From Methanopyrus kandleri AV19 (lineage in GTDB: Archaea; JAADCQ01; Methanopyri; Methanopyrales; Methanopyraceae), in the NCBI RefSeq assembly GCF_000007185.1, contig NC_003551.1, positions 1,380,001 through 1,412,000 of the forward strand: a stretch of 32,000 nucleotides of DNA. Reading direction: 5' to 3'. Shown piece by piece: positions 1 to 7,820 of the stretch. The position numbers were made by a program, and so were the translations under genes. The notes under the pieces were generated by a model. It was not told where the DNA came from, did not search any database, and saw only the letters and a list, made by a program, of their open reading frames with translations. How positions within the stretch are numbered: the first letter of the stretch is position 1; each line of letters begins with the position of its first letter.

Positions 1-73
1 GGCCGGAACCCGTGGGGTCGGGGCGCCGGAGGACCGGCCGCCGGCGTCCACGCCCGGCGATCACTTCCCCGGG

Positions 74-862
74 ATGGGGAGAGTTATGTTTCCGAAAGCG
101 TACCGGCATGGCCCTCACCCGCGGCCCTCCTACGGGGGCCGTGTGATTGCTGGAGGCCCTGGTTCTGGCCGCGTTGTCCGTGCCGGGGGACCCGGGAGAG
201 GTCCTCGAGCGGGTCGTCGAGCACCCCGAGGTCCTCCTGGCCAAGGGAGGGGCGGTGGAGGTCGCGGCGGTGGAGGGGGCAGGGGTGGCGCCGGTGCCAA
301 GCTCTCCCGGGCCGGTAAGGTCCTGAGGTCCCCGGGGAAGTTCCTCCGGGCGCTCAAGAAGTTCAAGGTCCGAAAGCGTTACTCGAAGCGGGAACGCAAA
401 CGACTGCTGCTCCTCTACTGGAAGGTCCGGCTTTACTACCGGACGGTCGCCGAAGGCGTGCTACTGTACGCCTCCTTCGCGCTCGCGATCGTGATCTTCG
501 CCCTGGACTTCCTGACGGACGACCTGGAGCTGCTCAGGGAAACCTGGTTCGAGAGGAGCCTCTACCTGACCTCCGGCGGCGCCTTTCTCGCTATCTTCGG
601 CGAGATGGTAGTGGCAAACAGGGCCGTTTCGGCGTTCTCGGAGGCCGTGCTCAGAGGCGGGGGCCTCCCGGCGGCGCTCGGCGCCTTCCGGGCGTGGGCG
701 GTCTACGGGATGGGGATGCTGTTAGCGATGTACGTCGCGCTCGTCCCCCTGATTATCGCGCTCACCCGGAAGGAACCCGACGTCAGGACCCTCCCGATGC
801 TGGCGGTCCCGTTGGCCACGGGGATCTGGGCGCTGTGGTGGGGCCTGTGGGTGGTGAGTTGA
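74..862 (+). CDS. Lineage-specific polytopic membrane protein, paralogue 1 (N-terminal region read in an anomalous frame; possibly frameshifted or pseudogenised)
   Basis: The 262-aa ORF has a basic linker (KKFKVRKRYSKRERKR), then LLLLYWKVRLYY and about 4 TM helices ending in PLATGIWALWWGLWVVS. It aligns along its length with the 2453..3180 proteins. The part homologous to the paralogue's N-domain lies in another frame (147..326). See findings. Confidence 0.55.
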   Translation: MGRVMFPKAYRHGPHPRPSYGGRVIAGGPGSGRVVRAGGPGRGPRAGRRAPRGPPGQGRGGGGRGGGGGRGGAGAKLSRAGKVLRSPGKFLRALKKFKVRKRYSKRERKRLLLLYWKVRLYYRTVAEGVLLYASFALAIVIFALDFLTDDLELLRETWFERSLYLTSGGAFLAIFGEMVVANRAVSAFSEAVLRGGGLPAALGAFRAWAVYGMGMLLAMYVALVPLIIALTRKEPDVRTLPMLAVPLATGIWALWWGLWVVS

Positions 863-1089
863 GGGTGATCCGGTCCCGTGCCGGCGGTCTCCGCACCCGC
901 CCGAAGGTCGAACCCGGGAGTTCGATCCGGCGGTACCCGCGGGGGGTGTCAACGGGGGTGTCGTCGTCCACCGAGGCGGACAACGTTTAGCGCTCCCGCG
1001 AGGCCCCCGGTCCCTCACACCGATCGCGGATGGTAACCGCACGGAACGCCCGAGGAGGGGAGTGTCCCGTGCACCACACCGCGTCCGAG

Positions 1090-1686
1090 ATGCTGGCGGT
1101 AGGCGCCGCGCTGGGCGTGAGCGGCGGGCTGGCCCCGGGTCCGCTGCAGGCGCTCATCGTGGCGGAGACGCTCGGGAACGGCCTGCGGGCCGGGCTGGCG
1201 GTGGCCGTGGTCCCCGTGATCACGGACGGTCCGCTGGTCACGGCCGCGGGGTTGGCGGCCGCGCGGCTCCCCGGCTGGGTCCTCCGGTACCTCGGACTCG
1301 CGGGGTCCGCCGTCCTGGCCTACATGGGGCTGTCGCTGATCAGGGAGGCGGACTCGGCCGAACCCGCGCGGTCGGAGGGCGCCGGGTCCTCGCTGCGGCG
1401 CGCCGTGGTCGTCAACCTGCTGAACCCACACCCCTACGTGTTCTGGCTCACCGTGGGGAGCTCGATGATGGGTTCGGCACGCTCGCTCCCGGAGATGGTG
1501 GCGTTCCCCGTGGGCTTCTTCCTCGGGATCGTGAGCACCCAGGCCGGGATAGCGGTGGCCGTTCACCGCGCGCTCTCGCTGACGCCCGCCGAGCGGGTGG
1601 GCGGGGCGAGGCGGTTGTCCGGGGTCCTGCTACTCGGGGCGGCCGCCTACCTGGCCTACGTCTCGCTGCGTGACATGCCCTCCTGA
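1090..1686 (+). CDS. LysE/RhtB-type amino-acid exporter
   Basis: About 198 aa and 5-6 hydrophobic segments. N-terminal GLAPGPLQALIV and central NLLNPHPYVFW match the family PGP and NPK..lF motifs. ATG 1090 chosen within ORF 1030..1686; start uncertain. Confidence 0.8.
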   Translation: MLAVGAALGVSGGLAPGPLQALIVAETLGNGLRAGLAVAVVPVITDGPLVTAAGLAAARLPGWVLRYLGLAGSAVLAYMGLSLIREADSAEPARSEGAGSSLRRAVVVNLLNPHPYVFWLTVGSSMMGSARSLPEMVAFPVGFFLGIVSTQAGIAVAVHRALSLTPAERVGGARRLSGVLLLGAAAYLAYVSLRDMPS

Positions 1687-2452
1687 GCGATGACGCTCGC
1701 CCTCTACCCCCGGCGGCTCCCGTCCGGCCTCGAGCTGTACTCGATCGGACCTCATTCGACGCGGCACCGACCGTGTGAGGGGAACGCGCCGGTCCACTCC
1801 ACTCAACGCGAACCCGACATTCCGCCGGACCGTAGGTAGGGCTCCGCCCGGCTCGGAGACGGCACCTTCTCCGTGCAGATGACCGTCTTCGGGTTCCCGC
1901 TCACCTACTCGCTGGGAGGGTCCTGCCTGATCTCATTCTGGGTCTCCATGATCCGTGTCAGCGACTGGCTCGAACGGCCCTCCAGCTGTCCGTACGAACC
2001 CACCCGTTCTCCGAGGACGGAGTGAGGTCGCTCAAGCACACGGTCGAGAGCGTACACCCTCCGAGATCGGGTCGGTGGTATCACGAGGGCGGACGTTGAT
2101 TCGCGCAGACCGTCCAACGACACCTGGTACGTCGGTTCCCGCCGTCGCAACCGCAGCCGTACGAAACCCCGACGGAGTCCACGGAAACATCCGGTAAAAG
2201 GAGATCGTCTGCTCGGTCGTCGCGCCGGCGTGTGAACGCGCTCGGACCGCGACGGGGCGCACACCGACCGCCCGAGGATCCGTGAGGCACCCCGGAGCGT
2301 CATCGACGACGCTGTCGGCGCCTCCCTGTGAAGCCAGTACCGTGCGAGTTAGCGTCCACCGTCGGCGGTCACCTCTCCGAAACGGTAAGGGTTACGTCCT
2401 CGAAAACGCACCTGCGCGGCCCTCCGCCGATCCCCCGGCGACTGGGGGGTCG

Positions 2453-2905
2453 ATGAGGTTGTGGGAATCCCTGGTCCTGGCGATGCTGTCCGTACCGGAG
2501 GATCCGGGCGAGTGGCTCGGGCCCGTCCTCGGGCATCCCGAGGTCCTCCTGGCCAAGGTAGGGAGGGGCGGCGGAAGAGTGGGGATCAAGTTCCCCCGGA
2601 TCGGCAGGACTTCGAAGTCAGAGAGGCTCCCCCGGGTGAAGATCAAGAACTGGGGATACTACCCGGAGCGGGAGCGTGAAGAGCGCGAACGGCGGGAGCG
2701 CGAATTACTGTCGCTCGTATACTGGAAGGTCTGGCTTTACCACAGGATGGTCCCTCCGTACCTCATGAAGGCTTTCGTGGTACTTCTCCTCGGGGGGCTC
2801 GGACTCGTCGCACTGTACTGTCTGGGCGTTTTGAAGAGGACCTGGAGGTACGCGCTTCTAACGTCCGTTCTCGCCGCCGTCTCGGTGTCCTACCCGAGGC
2901 GGTGA
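2453..2905 (+). CDS. Lineage-specific membrane protein, paralogue 2, N-terminal part
   Basis: ATG 2453 in the frame of ORF 2282..2905. MRLWESLVLAMLSVPEDPGE..HPEVLLAK, a G/R stretch, a basic/acidic linker, LLSLVYWKVWLYH and TM helices, all collinear with paralogue 1. It stops at TGA 2903-2905, where the paralogue continues. Confidence 0.55.
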   Translation: MRLWESLVLAMLSVPEDPGEWLGPVLGHPEVLLAKVGRGGGRVGIKFPRIGRTSKSERLPRVKIKNWGYYPEREREERERRERELLSLVYWKVWLYHRMVPPYLMKAFVVLLLGGLGLVALYCLGVLKRTWRYALLTSVLAAVSVSYPRR

Positions 2906-3180
2906 TGACGAATTACGCCGTCGAGGACTTCTCGAACGCCATGCTCGCGGGCGGGGGCCTACAGGACTGTCTCCACGCCTTTAAGGTATGGGGAGTTTAC
3001 GGCCTCTGGACCCTGCTGGCGGCGTACGTGATGCTCGTGCTCGCGGCGGTCGTGCTGGCCCGGAACGCCCTTCGGGATGTCCCCGTACCCGTCCTGGCCC
3101 TGTCGCTGGCGATACTGGCGGTCCCGCTGGTCACCGGGATCTGGGCCCTAGACTGGGGTCTGTGGGTGACGATGAGCTGA
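2902..3180 (+). CDS. Lineage-specific membrane protein, paralogue 2, C-terminal part
   Basis: 92-aa ORF (GTG 2902 / ATG 2905 overlapping the upstream stop). AGGGLQDCLHAFKVWGVYG...PLVTGIWALDWGLWV aligns to RGGGLPAALGAFRAWAVYG...PLATGIWALWWGLWV of paralogue 1. Confidence 0.55.
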   Translation: MMTNYAVEDFSNAMLAGGGLQDCLHAFKVWGVYGLWTLLAAYVMLVLAAVVLARNALRDVPVPVLALSLAILAVPLVTGIWALDWGLWVTMS

Positions 3181-3880
3181 GCCCGCCACTCCGACACCGG
3201 CCGAGGCCGGACGGTGGAGTGGTACTGGCCTCCCACGGTTCTCCTTTCCCCGGAACGAGCGGGTGATGACCCAGCGTCCCCCACCGCTCCGACCCCGTGA
3301 GGGGGAGGCTCTCCGACGGCACCGCGTGGGGTCCCATCGACGAGCCGATCGGGAGGATGAAAGGGATCAGCACCGGGGTTACTCCTCATCCGGCTCGGGC
3401 GTCCGCCACCCTCATCACCCGACGTCGCCCGGGGTCGGCCGCGTCGCGCCTGTGGGCTCTCCCTTACCGAGTTCGGCGCACCGCGGGACCTGATCCCGAA
3501 TGTATCTGTATCGGAAAAACGTTTCCGCGTCTCCCATCACGCGCGGACGTCGGCAGTGCATGAGCTAGCCGAATTCGCCGTCAAGACGTGGGCGTCCGAC
3601 GGTTCTCACGGCTAGGGATCGCGGCGTGGGAGATCACGCTACCGTCGGGTACGGAACGCCGACATCACGACGGGGGTTGACGGAACAAGGGTCGACGATG
3701 TTCCCCCATCCACTCATGCGGCCGCTCTCGGCCGGGAACTATGCTTTAGAAAACTTCACTCTCAAAAGCTTCCCGGTGATCACGAGAAGGCGATCCACTC
3801 GGGGCTGTTTCAGGTTCGTAGTCGTCGCCGATCGTCGGGTTCTACCCCCATCAATTCCACGGCACGCCCGGATCACTCAA

Positions 3881-3894
3881 CGAAAAATATAAAG
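3881..3894 (+). promoter_or_regulatory. Strong archaeal BRE/TATA-like element (CGAAAAATATAAAG)
   Basis: An isolated AT-rich TATA-like box in GC-rich non-coding DNA, preceded by purine-rich CGAAA. It lies 120-145 nt upstream of the first plausible start of the phosphoesterase gene. Confidence 0.4.
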
Positions 3895-4039
3895 TACCAG
3901 ACGTGAATGTCTGGCGTCAGGACACGGGTCGATGCATCGTATCCACTGACGCATCGGCGAGATCCTCGCACAGCACCGATCGTCCCGACGTACTCCGCAG
4001 GCTTCCATCGGTGTCGTGCGTGAAGGACCGGAACGCCCG

Positions 4040-5821
4040 ATGGATCCGGGGGTCGCCCGAACGGTGCGACTCCCGGTGGTCCTCACACCTTCGGTGCTCG
4101 GAATTCTGCTACTACTGTCGATCCACGTCGCACGCCCGGTAAACCCGAGCTCGCATTACGCCCTTGACGACTTCCTGAAAGTCGAGTTCGACGGCATGCG
4201 GGACGGGATCGTCCTCAAGTTCCCGGTCGCCTTGGACGGCGAGGTCGTGTACGGCTCATCCGCACCGGGCAGGTACCCATACCCGGTGTACCGGTACCGG
4301 GACCCTCTGGAGGGCGGGATCGCGAACGTCTGGATCGAGGGTCTACCGTACATCGGCCGGTCCGGGGTTCACACTTTCATCTTCAAGGTTATCAACACGG
4401 AAGGCCGCCCGATCTTCTACGGCGAGGTTCAGGTCCGACGGGACCCGAGGACCGGTCGGTTCCAGGTTCTGCGCGGTTCGGTGATCTGCGGCCCGTTCGT
4501 GTACTGTCCACGCCCCGACGGATGCGTGATCCGCTACCGGACGCTAGAACCCGTGAGAACGGAGCTCGTCGTCCGGAGACCGGATGGAGGAATCGTGACT
4601 CGGCTGGAGGACGGGAAACCCCGGACCGTGCACGAGTTCCGAGTGACGGGCCTCCGCCCGGACACCGAGTACGAGCTGATCGTGCGGTGGAACGGGTTCG
4701 AGCTGGCGAAGCGGGAGTTCAGGACCGCGGTACCGGACGGAGCCGCGGGTTTCACGTTCGCGTTCGCGAGCGACTCGAGGTGCAGACACCTCAAGGAGTC
4801 CGCCGGCGGTGGCGACGCCGACGCGTACGGTTGCAACGTGGAGGCGCTCCGGTCGATCATGATGTTTGCCGCGCGGCACGGGGCGCGGTTCCTGGTCTTT
4901 CCGGGTGACCTGATCTACGGACACGCGACCCCGGAGGACGCTCGGCTCCAGTACTGGAACTGGAAGCAGGCCGTCGCCCCGTGGGAACCCTCGGTGCCCG
5001 TGTACGTCGGCTACGGTAATCACGAGGCGGCCGTGGTCGGATCCGGAGGTCGATGCTCGGGCGAGGAGGTCTTTTCCCGGGAGTTCGTGACTCCCGCCGA
5101 GTTAGGCCGGGGTCCCGCGGGCGTCTCGGAGGGTAGGGGATTGCCGCCTTACGGGGACACGGTATACTGGTTCGAGTACGGCTGCGTGGCCGTGGTCGTC
5201 TTGAACAACTGCTACTCGGGAATGCTCCGGGACTGGACGGGTCCCGGCGAGTGCCCGTACCTGGGGTACGTGATGGATCGACAGTTGAGGTGGCTCGAAG
5301 AGACCCTCGACAGGCTCGATCGGGATCCGACCGTCCGGTACGTGTTCGTGGCGGCACACTTACCCCCGTACCGGTTAACCGAGCCACAGGAGCTGAGCAA
5401 CAGGCTCCGTCCCGTCGTCAACGGACGACCCGTCGGCGAGGGCTACGTCGACAGGTTGAACCGTCTCCTCGAGGTCCTCATGAGGCATCGTAAGGTCGTG
5501 GCGTTGCTCTGCGGGCACGACCACTGCTACGCGCGGTACCTCATCGACAGGAACTTCCCCATGTACCCGAAGGGCTGGCGGGGTCGGGACATCCGACGCG
5601 AGCCCTGGTTCAGGCCGCTCTGGGTCATCATCGACGGGAACGCGGGCGCGCCCATGTTCACCCTCGCGGACAGCCCGTGGAAGGACCGCGTCCGGGTCTT
5701 CACCACGCGCTCGGCCGTGGTCGTCCTCTTCCACGTGCGGTTCGACCGGATCGTCGTCGAGGCCTACGATGCCACCACCGGGGAGCGCGTCGACCGGTTC
5801 GAGATCCCCGCGCCGGGCTAA
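4040..5821 (+). CDS. Membrane-anchored or secreted metallophosphoesterase, purple-acid-phosphatase-like
   Basis: N-terminal hydrophobic anchor (VVLTPSVLGILLLLSIHV). An FN3-like segment (VHEFRVTGLRPDTEYELIV). Calcineurin-like motifs FPGDLIYGH, GYGNHE, AAHLPPY and CGHDHCY. Start is ATG 4040 or GTG 4016. Confidence 0.85.
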   Translation: MDPGVARTVRLPVVLTPSVLGILLLLSIHVARPVNPSSHYALDDFLKVEFDGMRDGIVLKFPVALDGEVVYGSSAPGRYPYPVYRYRDPLEGGIANVWIEGLPYIGRSGVHTFIFKVINTEGRPIFYGEVQVRRDPRTGRFQVLRGSVICGPFVYCPRPDGCVIRYRTLEPVRTELVVRRPDGGIVTRLEDGKPRTVHEFRVTGLRPDTEYELIVRWNGFELAKREFRTAVPDGAAGFTFAFASDSRCRHLKESAGGGDADAYGCNVEALRSIMMFAARHGARFLVFPGDLIYGHATPEDARLQYWNWKQAVAPWEPSVPVYVGYGNHEAAVVGSGGRCSGEEVFSREFVTPAELGRGPAGVSEGRGLPPYGDTVYWFEYGCVAVVVLNNCYSGMLRDWTGPGECPYLGYVMDRQLRWLEETLDRLDRDPTVRYVFVAAHLPPYRLTEPQELSNRLRPVVNGRPVGEGYVDRLNRLLEVLMRHRKVVALLCGHDHCYARYLIDRNFPMYPKGWRGRDIRREPWFRPLWVIIDGNAGAPMFTLADSPWKDRVRVFTTRSAVVVLFHVRFDRIVVEAYDATTGERVDRFEIPAPG

Positions 5822-5836
5822 CCGTCTGAAGCGCTC

Positions 5837-6562
5837 TCACCCACGTACTCTTCCCTGCTCCGCGCAAACGCCCGCGATCGGACACTCCTCACACTCCGGC
5901 TCCGGACGGCAGCACCTCCGTCCCAGTTCCACAGTACCCAGCGCGAGGTCCCTGGGATCCCGGGCGGCTCTCACCCACTCCGCGCCGACATCTCCCACGG
6001 GACGCCCAGTCGACCGTCTCACCACGCGACGCACGTTCGCGTCCACGGGCAGGACCCGCTCCCGGTACACGACCGCCCGCACCAGGTCCGCGGTGTACGG
6101 GCCCACCCCGGGCACCGAGAGCAGATCCTCGCCCGAGGGTTCCGGGTCTTCCGACAGCAGCCTGGCCAGCCCCAGGACGGCCTTCAGCCTCCGTTCCACC
6201 AGACCGATCCGCGCGAGCGACTCCTTCAGCTCGTCCTCCGGGGCCTTCAGGAGGTCCGAGGGTTCCGGGTACCGGCGCAGCAGTTCCCTGAGCACCGGCT
6301 CGGCTAGCTCCCTCCGGGTACGTTGATGTAACACACCCGCGAGCGCGACCGAGTAGACGTCTTCCCTATCGCCCCAGGCCGGTTCGTACTCCCCGCGCTC
6401 CTCCATCCCCCGGAGCCACCGCTCGACGATTCTCGGCGCCTCCAAGAGCGTCGCCACCCGGAACGGTTTTCCGTGCCCAGACCCGGATGAGGGTTCCGGG
6501 ATGACGAGGCAGGGGATCGCCGAACCGGTGAGGACACCCAGGGGCACCGACCCACCGTTCAT
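5837..6562 (-). CDS. HhH-GPD base-excision DNA glycosylase with 4Fe-4S loop (EndoIII/MutY/Mig family)
   Basis: Helix-hairpin-helix LLSVPGVGPYTADLV, VDANVRRV, and a C-terminal C-x6-C-x2-C-x5-C cluster (CRPEPECEECPIAGVC). There is no Lys after the HhH (GPYT), which suggests a monofunctional enzyme. Confidence 0.85.
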   Translation of the reverse strand: MNGGSVPLGVLTGSAIPCLVIPEPSSGSGHGKPFRVATLLEAPRIVERWLRGMEERGEYEPAWGDREDVYSVALAGVLHQRTRRELAEPVLRELLRRYPEPSDLLKAPEDELKESLARIGLVERRLKAVLGLARLLSEDPEPSGEDLLSVPGVGPYTADLVRAVVYRERVLPVDANVRRVVRRSTGRPVGDVGAEWVRAARDPRDLALGTVELGRRCCRPEPECEECPIAGVCAEQGRVRG

Positions 6563-7240
6563 TCGGAAACATATTAGTTTTAGAGAAATCGGAGGTCATA
6601 GGGCCCGGAGACCTGGAGGCTCGTTCCTAGAGGCCGCCAAGAACGCGATCCGCGCCGCCGGCGACCCCCCGAGGGTATAACGGCGTGATCGTGTTCAACC
6701 GCGTGGCCCGGTACGAAATCGTGAGCACGGACAGACCGTCAAGCCGCTCCGACGTGAGCTCGGGAACGTGTCTACCGTGGGGTAACCGCTGCGGGGAAAT
6801 CGACGGCACGGAAAGCGGTACGCCCTTACCCCCAACCGGACCGCCTCCCTCTTCGCGATCGGCAACGAGCTGATCGGTAGGTGGTCGGGACGACCCTCCG
6901 TGTGCGTCGTCGACGACGCATGGAGTCCCGTCGCCGGAAGGGAATATCCCCAGTCTCACCCAGACCCGAATGGACGCGACTCCGACGTTCCGGTCCCCAT
7001 TGTGGTCTACTTTCCCGTCACGATACCCCCCGAGCCCCGGACTTCAGGCCGTACCGGTCCGAGACCTCGGCGAGGGTCTCCTCGAGGACCTCCGGGCCCA
7101 GGTGCCCGGTGCGCCGAGCCCCCGAGGTTGCAGTGGGGGAGTGGTCACGTCCACGGCCACGGCGCGGAACCTATCCCGAAACGACCCCGTGGAACCACTT
7201 CGACGATATCATCAAGTTAATAACCGACGCTAGCGGGGCG

Positions 7241-7399
7241 GTGGCCCCTCCGAGACCCCCGGGGGGGGGCGTCGGGGAGGTGAGGGACGTCACGGTGATC
7301 GTCCTGGCCGCTCTGATCGCCGTCTTTCCAGTGATCGTCCATCCGATGCTGCCTCGGGACTCCCCCGCGCACGTATTCGGGCCCAGGTACGCCTGGTAG
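7241..7399 (+). pseudogene. Possible orphaned 5' fragment of the downstream large membrane protein
   Basis: GTG 7241 lies about 24 nt after a TATA-like AAGTTAATAA (7213-7222). It encodes one TM helix (VTVIVLAALIAVFPVIV) then PRDSPAHVFGPRYAW-stop. It contains a C5G9 homopolymer tract (7256-7269). Confidence 0.3.
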
Positions 7400-7523
7400 A
7401 TCCTGACAGGACGAGCTTCTCCGGATCTCTGCCATTTACTGGTACACGGGGTTCCCTTACACCACCTTTTACTGCTTCCTCCCTTACTACCTAGCGGCAC
7501 CGCTCACCACGCTGCTAGGCCCG

Positions 7524-7820
7524 TTGTACACCTTCGTGGTAGAGCTCTCGATCGCGACCGTCCTGTTCATCTCGAGTGTGTACCTGCTGGCCAAGAGCGT
7601 AGGATTCGATCGGGATAGGGCGATCGCGGCCTCCGTCCTCGCGGCTTCCGGGATGCTTCCGCAGTGGGAGTGGGGCGGCACCTACCCGATGACGCTGTCG
7701 TTCGGCTTCGGTCTGCTGGCCCTGGCGATGCGAGACCGTCGGATCCTGGCCCCGATCCTCCTAACCCTCTCACTCTACTCTCATCCCTTGGGCGGCACCT
7801 TCTCCTCGCTCGTCTCGTGA
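7524..7820 (+). CDS. Polytopic membrane protein fragment (middle part of a GT-C/YfhO-like protein)
   Basis: 98-aa ORF with 3 TM helices. The same frame stays open and protein-like from 7407 (ISAIYWYTGFPYTTFYCFLPYYLAAPL) but has no ATG/GTG/TTG before 7524. It ends at TGA 7818-7820, overlapping ATG 7820. Confidence 0.5.
   Translation: MYTFVVELSIATVLFISSVYLLAKSVGFDRDRAIAASVLAASGMLPQWEWGGTYPMTLSFGFGLLALAMRDRRILAPILLTLSLYSHPLGGTFSSLVS

Noticed and set aside
150-300. RGG/Gly-Arg-rich domain at the N-terminus of ORF 74..862 as a genuine RNA-binding low-complexity domain
   Set aside because: The G/R/P-rich translation coincides with an out-of-frame reading of a segment whose other frame is conserved with paralogue 2 and shows mostly synonymous differences. 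The low-complexity peptide is most simply a frameshift by-product.
900-950. tRNA-like GTTCGA motifs (GGTCGAACCCGGGAGTTCGATCCGG)
   Set aside because: No 5-bp T-stem with a G53:C61 pair could be built on either strand, and neither could an acceptor, D or anticodon arm. It is just a local CGAAC/GTTCG hairpin.
1905-2303. 132-aa minus-strand ORF, extremely Arg-rich
   Set aside because: It has no recognisable motif. Its composition is opposite to the acidic proteome style of the window, and overlapping ORFs of similar length occur in other frames. It is probably not coding, and the region is kept only as an unexplained non-coding stretch.
2370-2425. RNase P RNA-like string (CCGAAACGGTAAGGGTTACG)
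   Set aside because: It shows only a loose resemblance to the GGTAAGGGTGAAA region. No CR-I GGAAAGTCC or CR-V counterpart occurs nearby on either strand. Part of this segment is instead duplicated upstream of paralogue 1.
3367-3418. C/D-box sRNA-like arrangement on the minus strand: GTGATGA, then 13 nt, CCGA, cGGATGA, then 15 nt, then CTGA
   Set aside because: Box C and box D are acceptable. But D' and C' are degenerate, the guide spacers (13 and 15 nt) depart from the usual 12 nt, and the terminal stem is only G:U plus G:C. The plus-strand GTGATGA at about 3264 has no CTGA partner at all.
6627-6959. 110-aa minus-strand ORF as an intact gene
   Set aside because: It is P/G/R-rich over most of its length, with no motif and no credible start context. 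It is retained only as part of a possible remnant (see findings).
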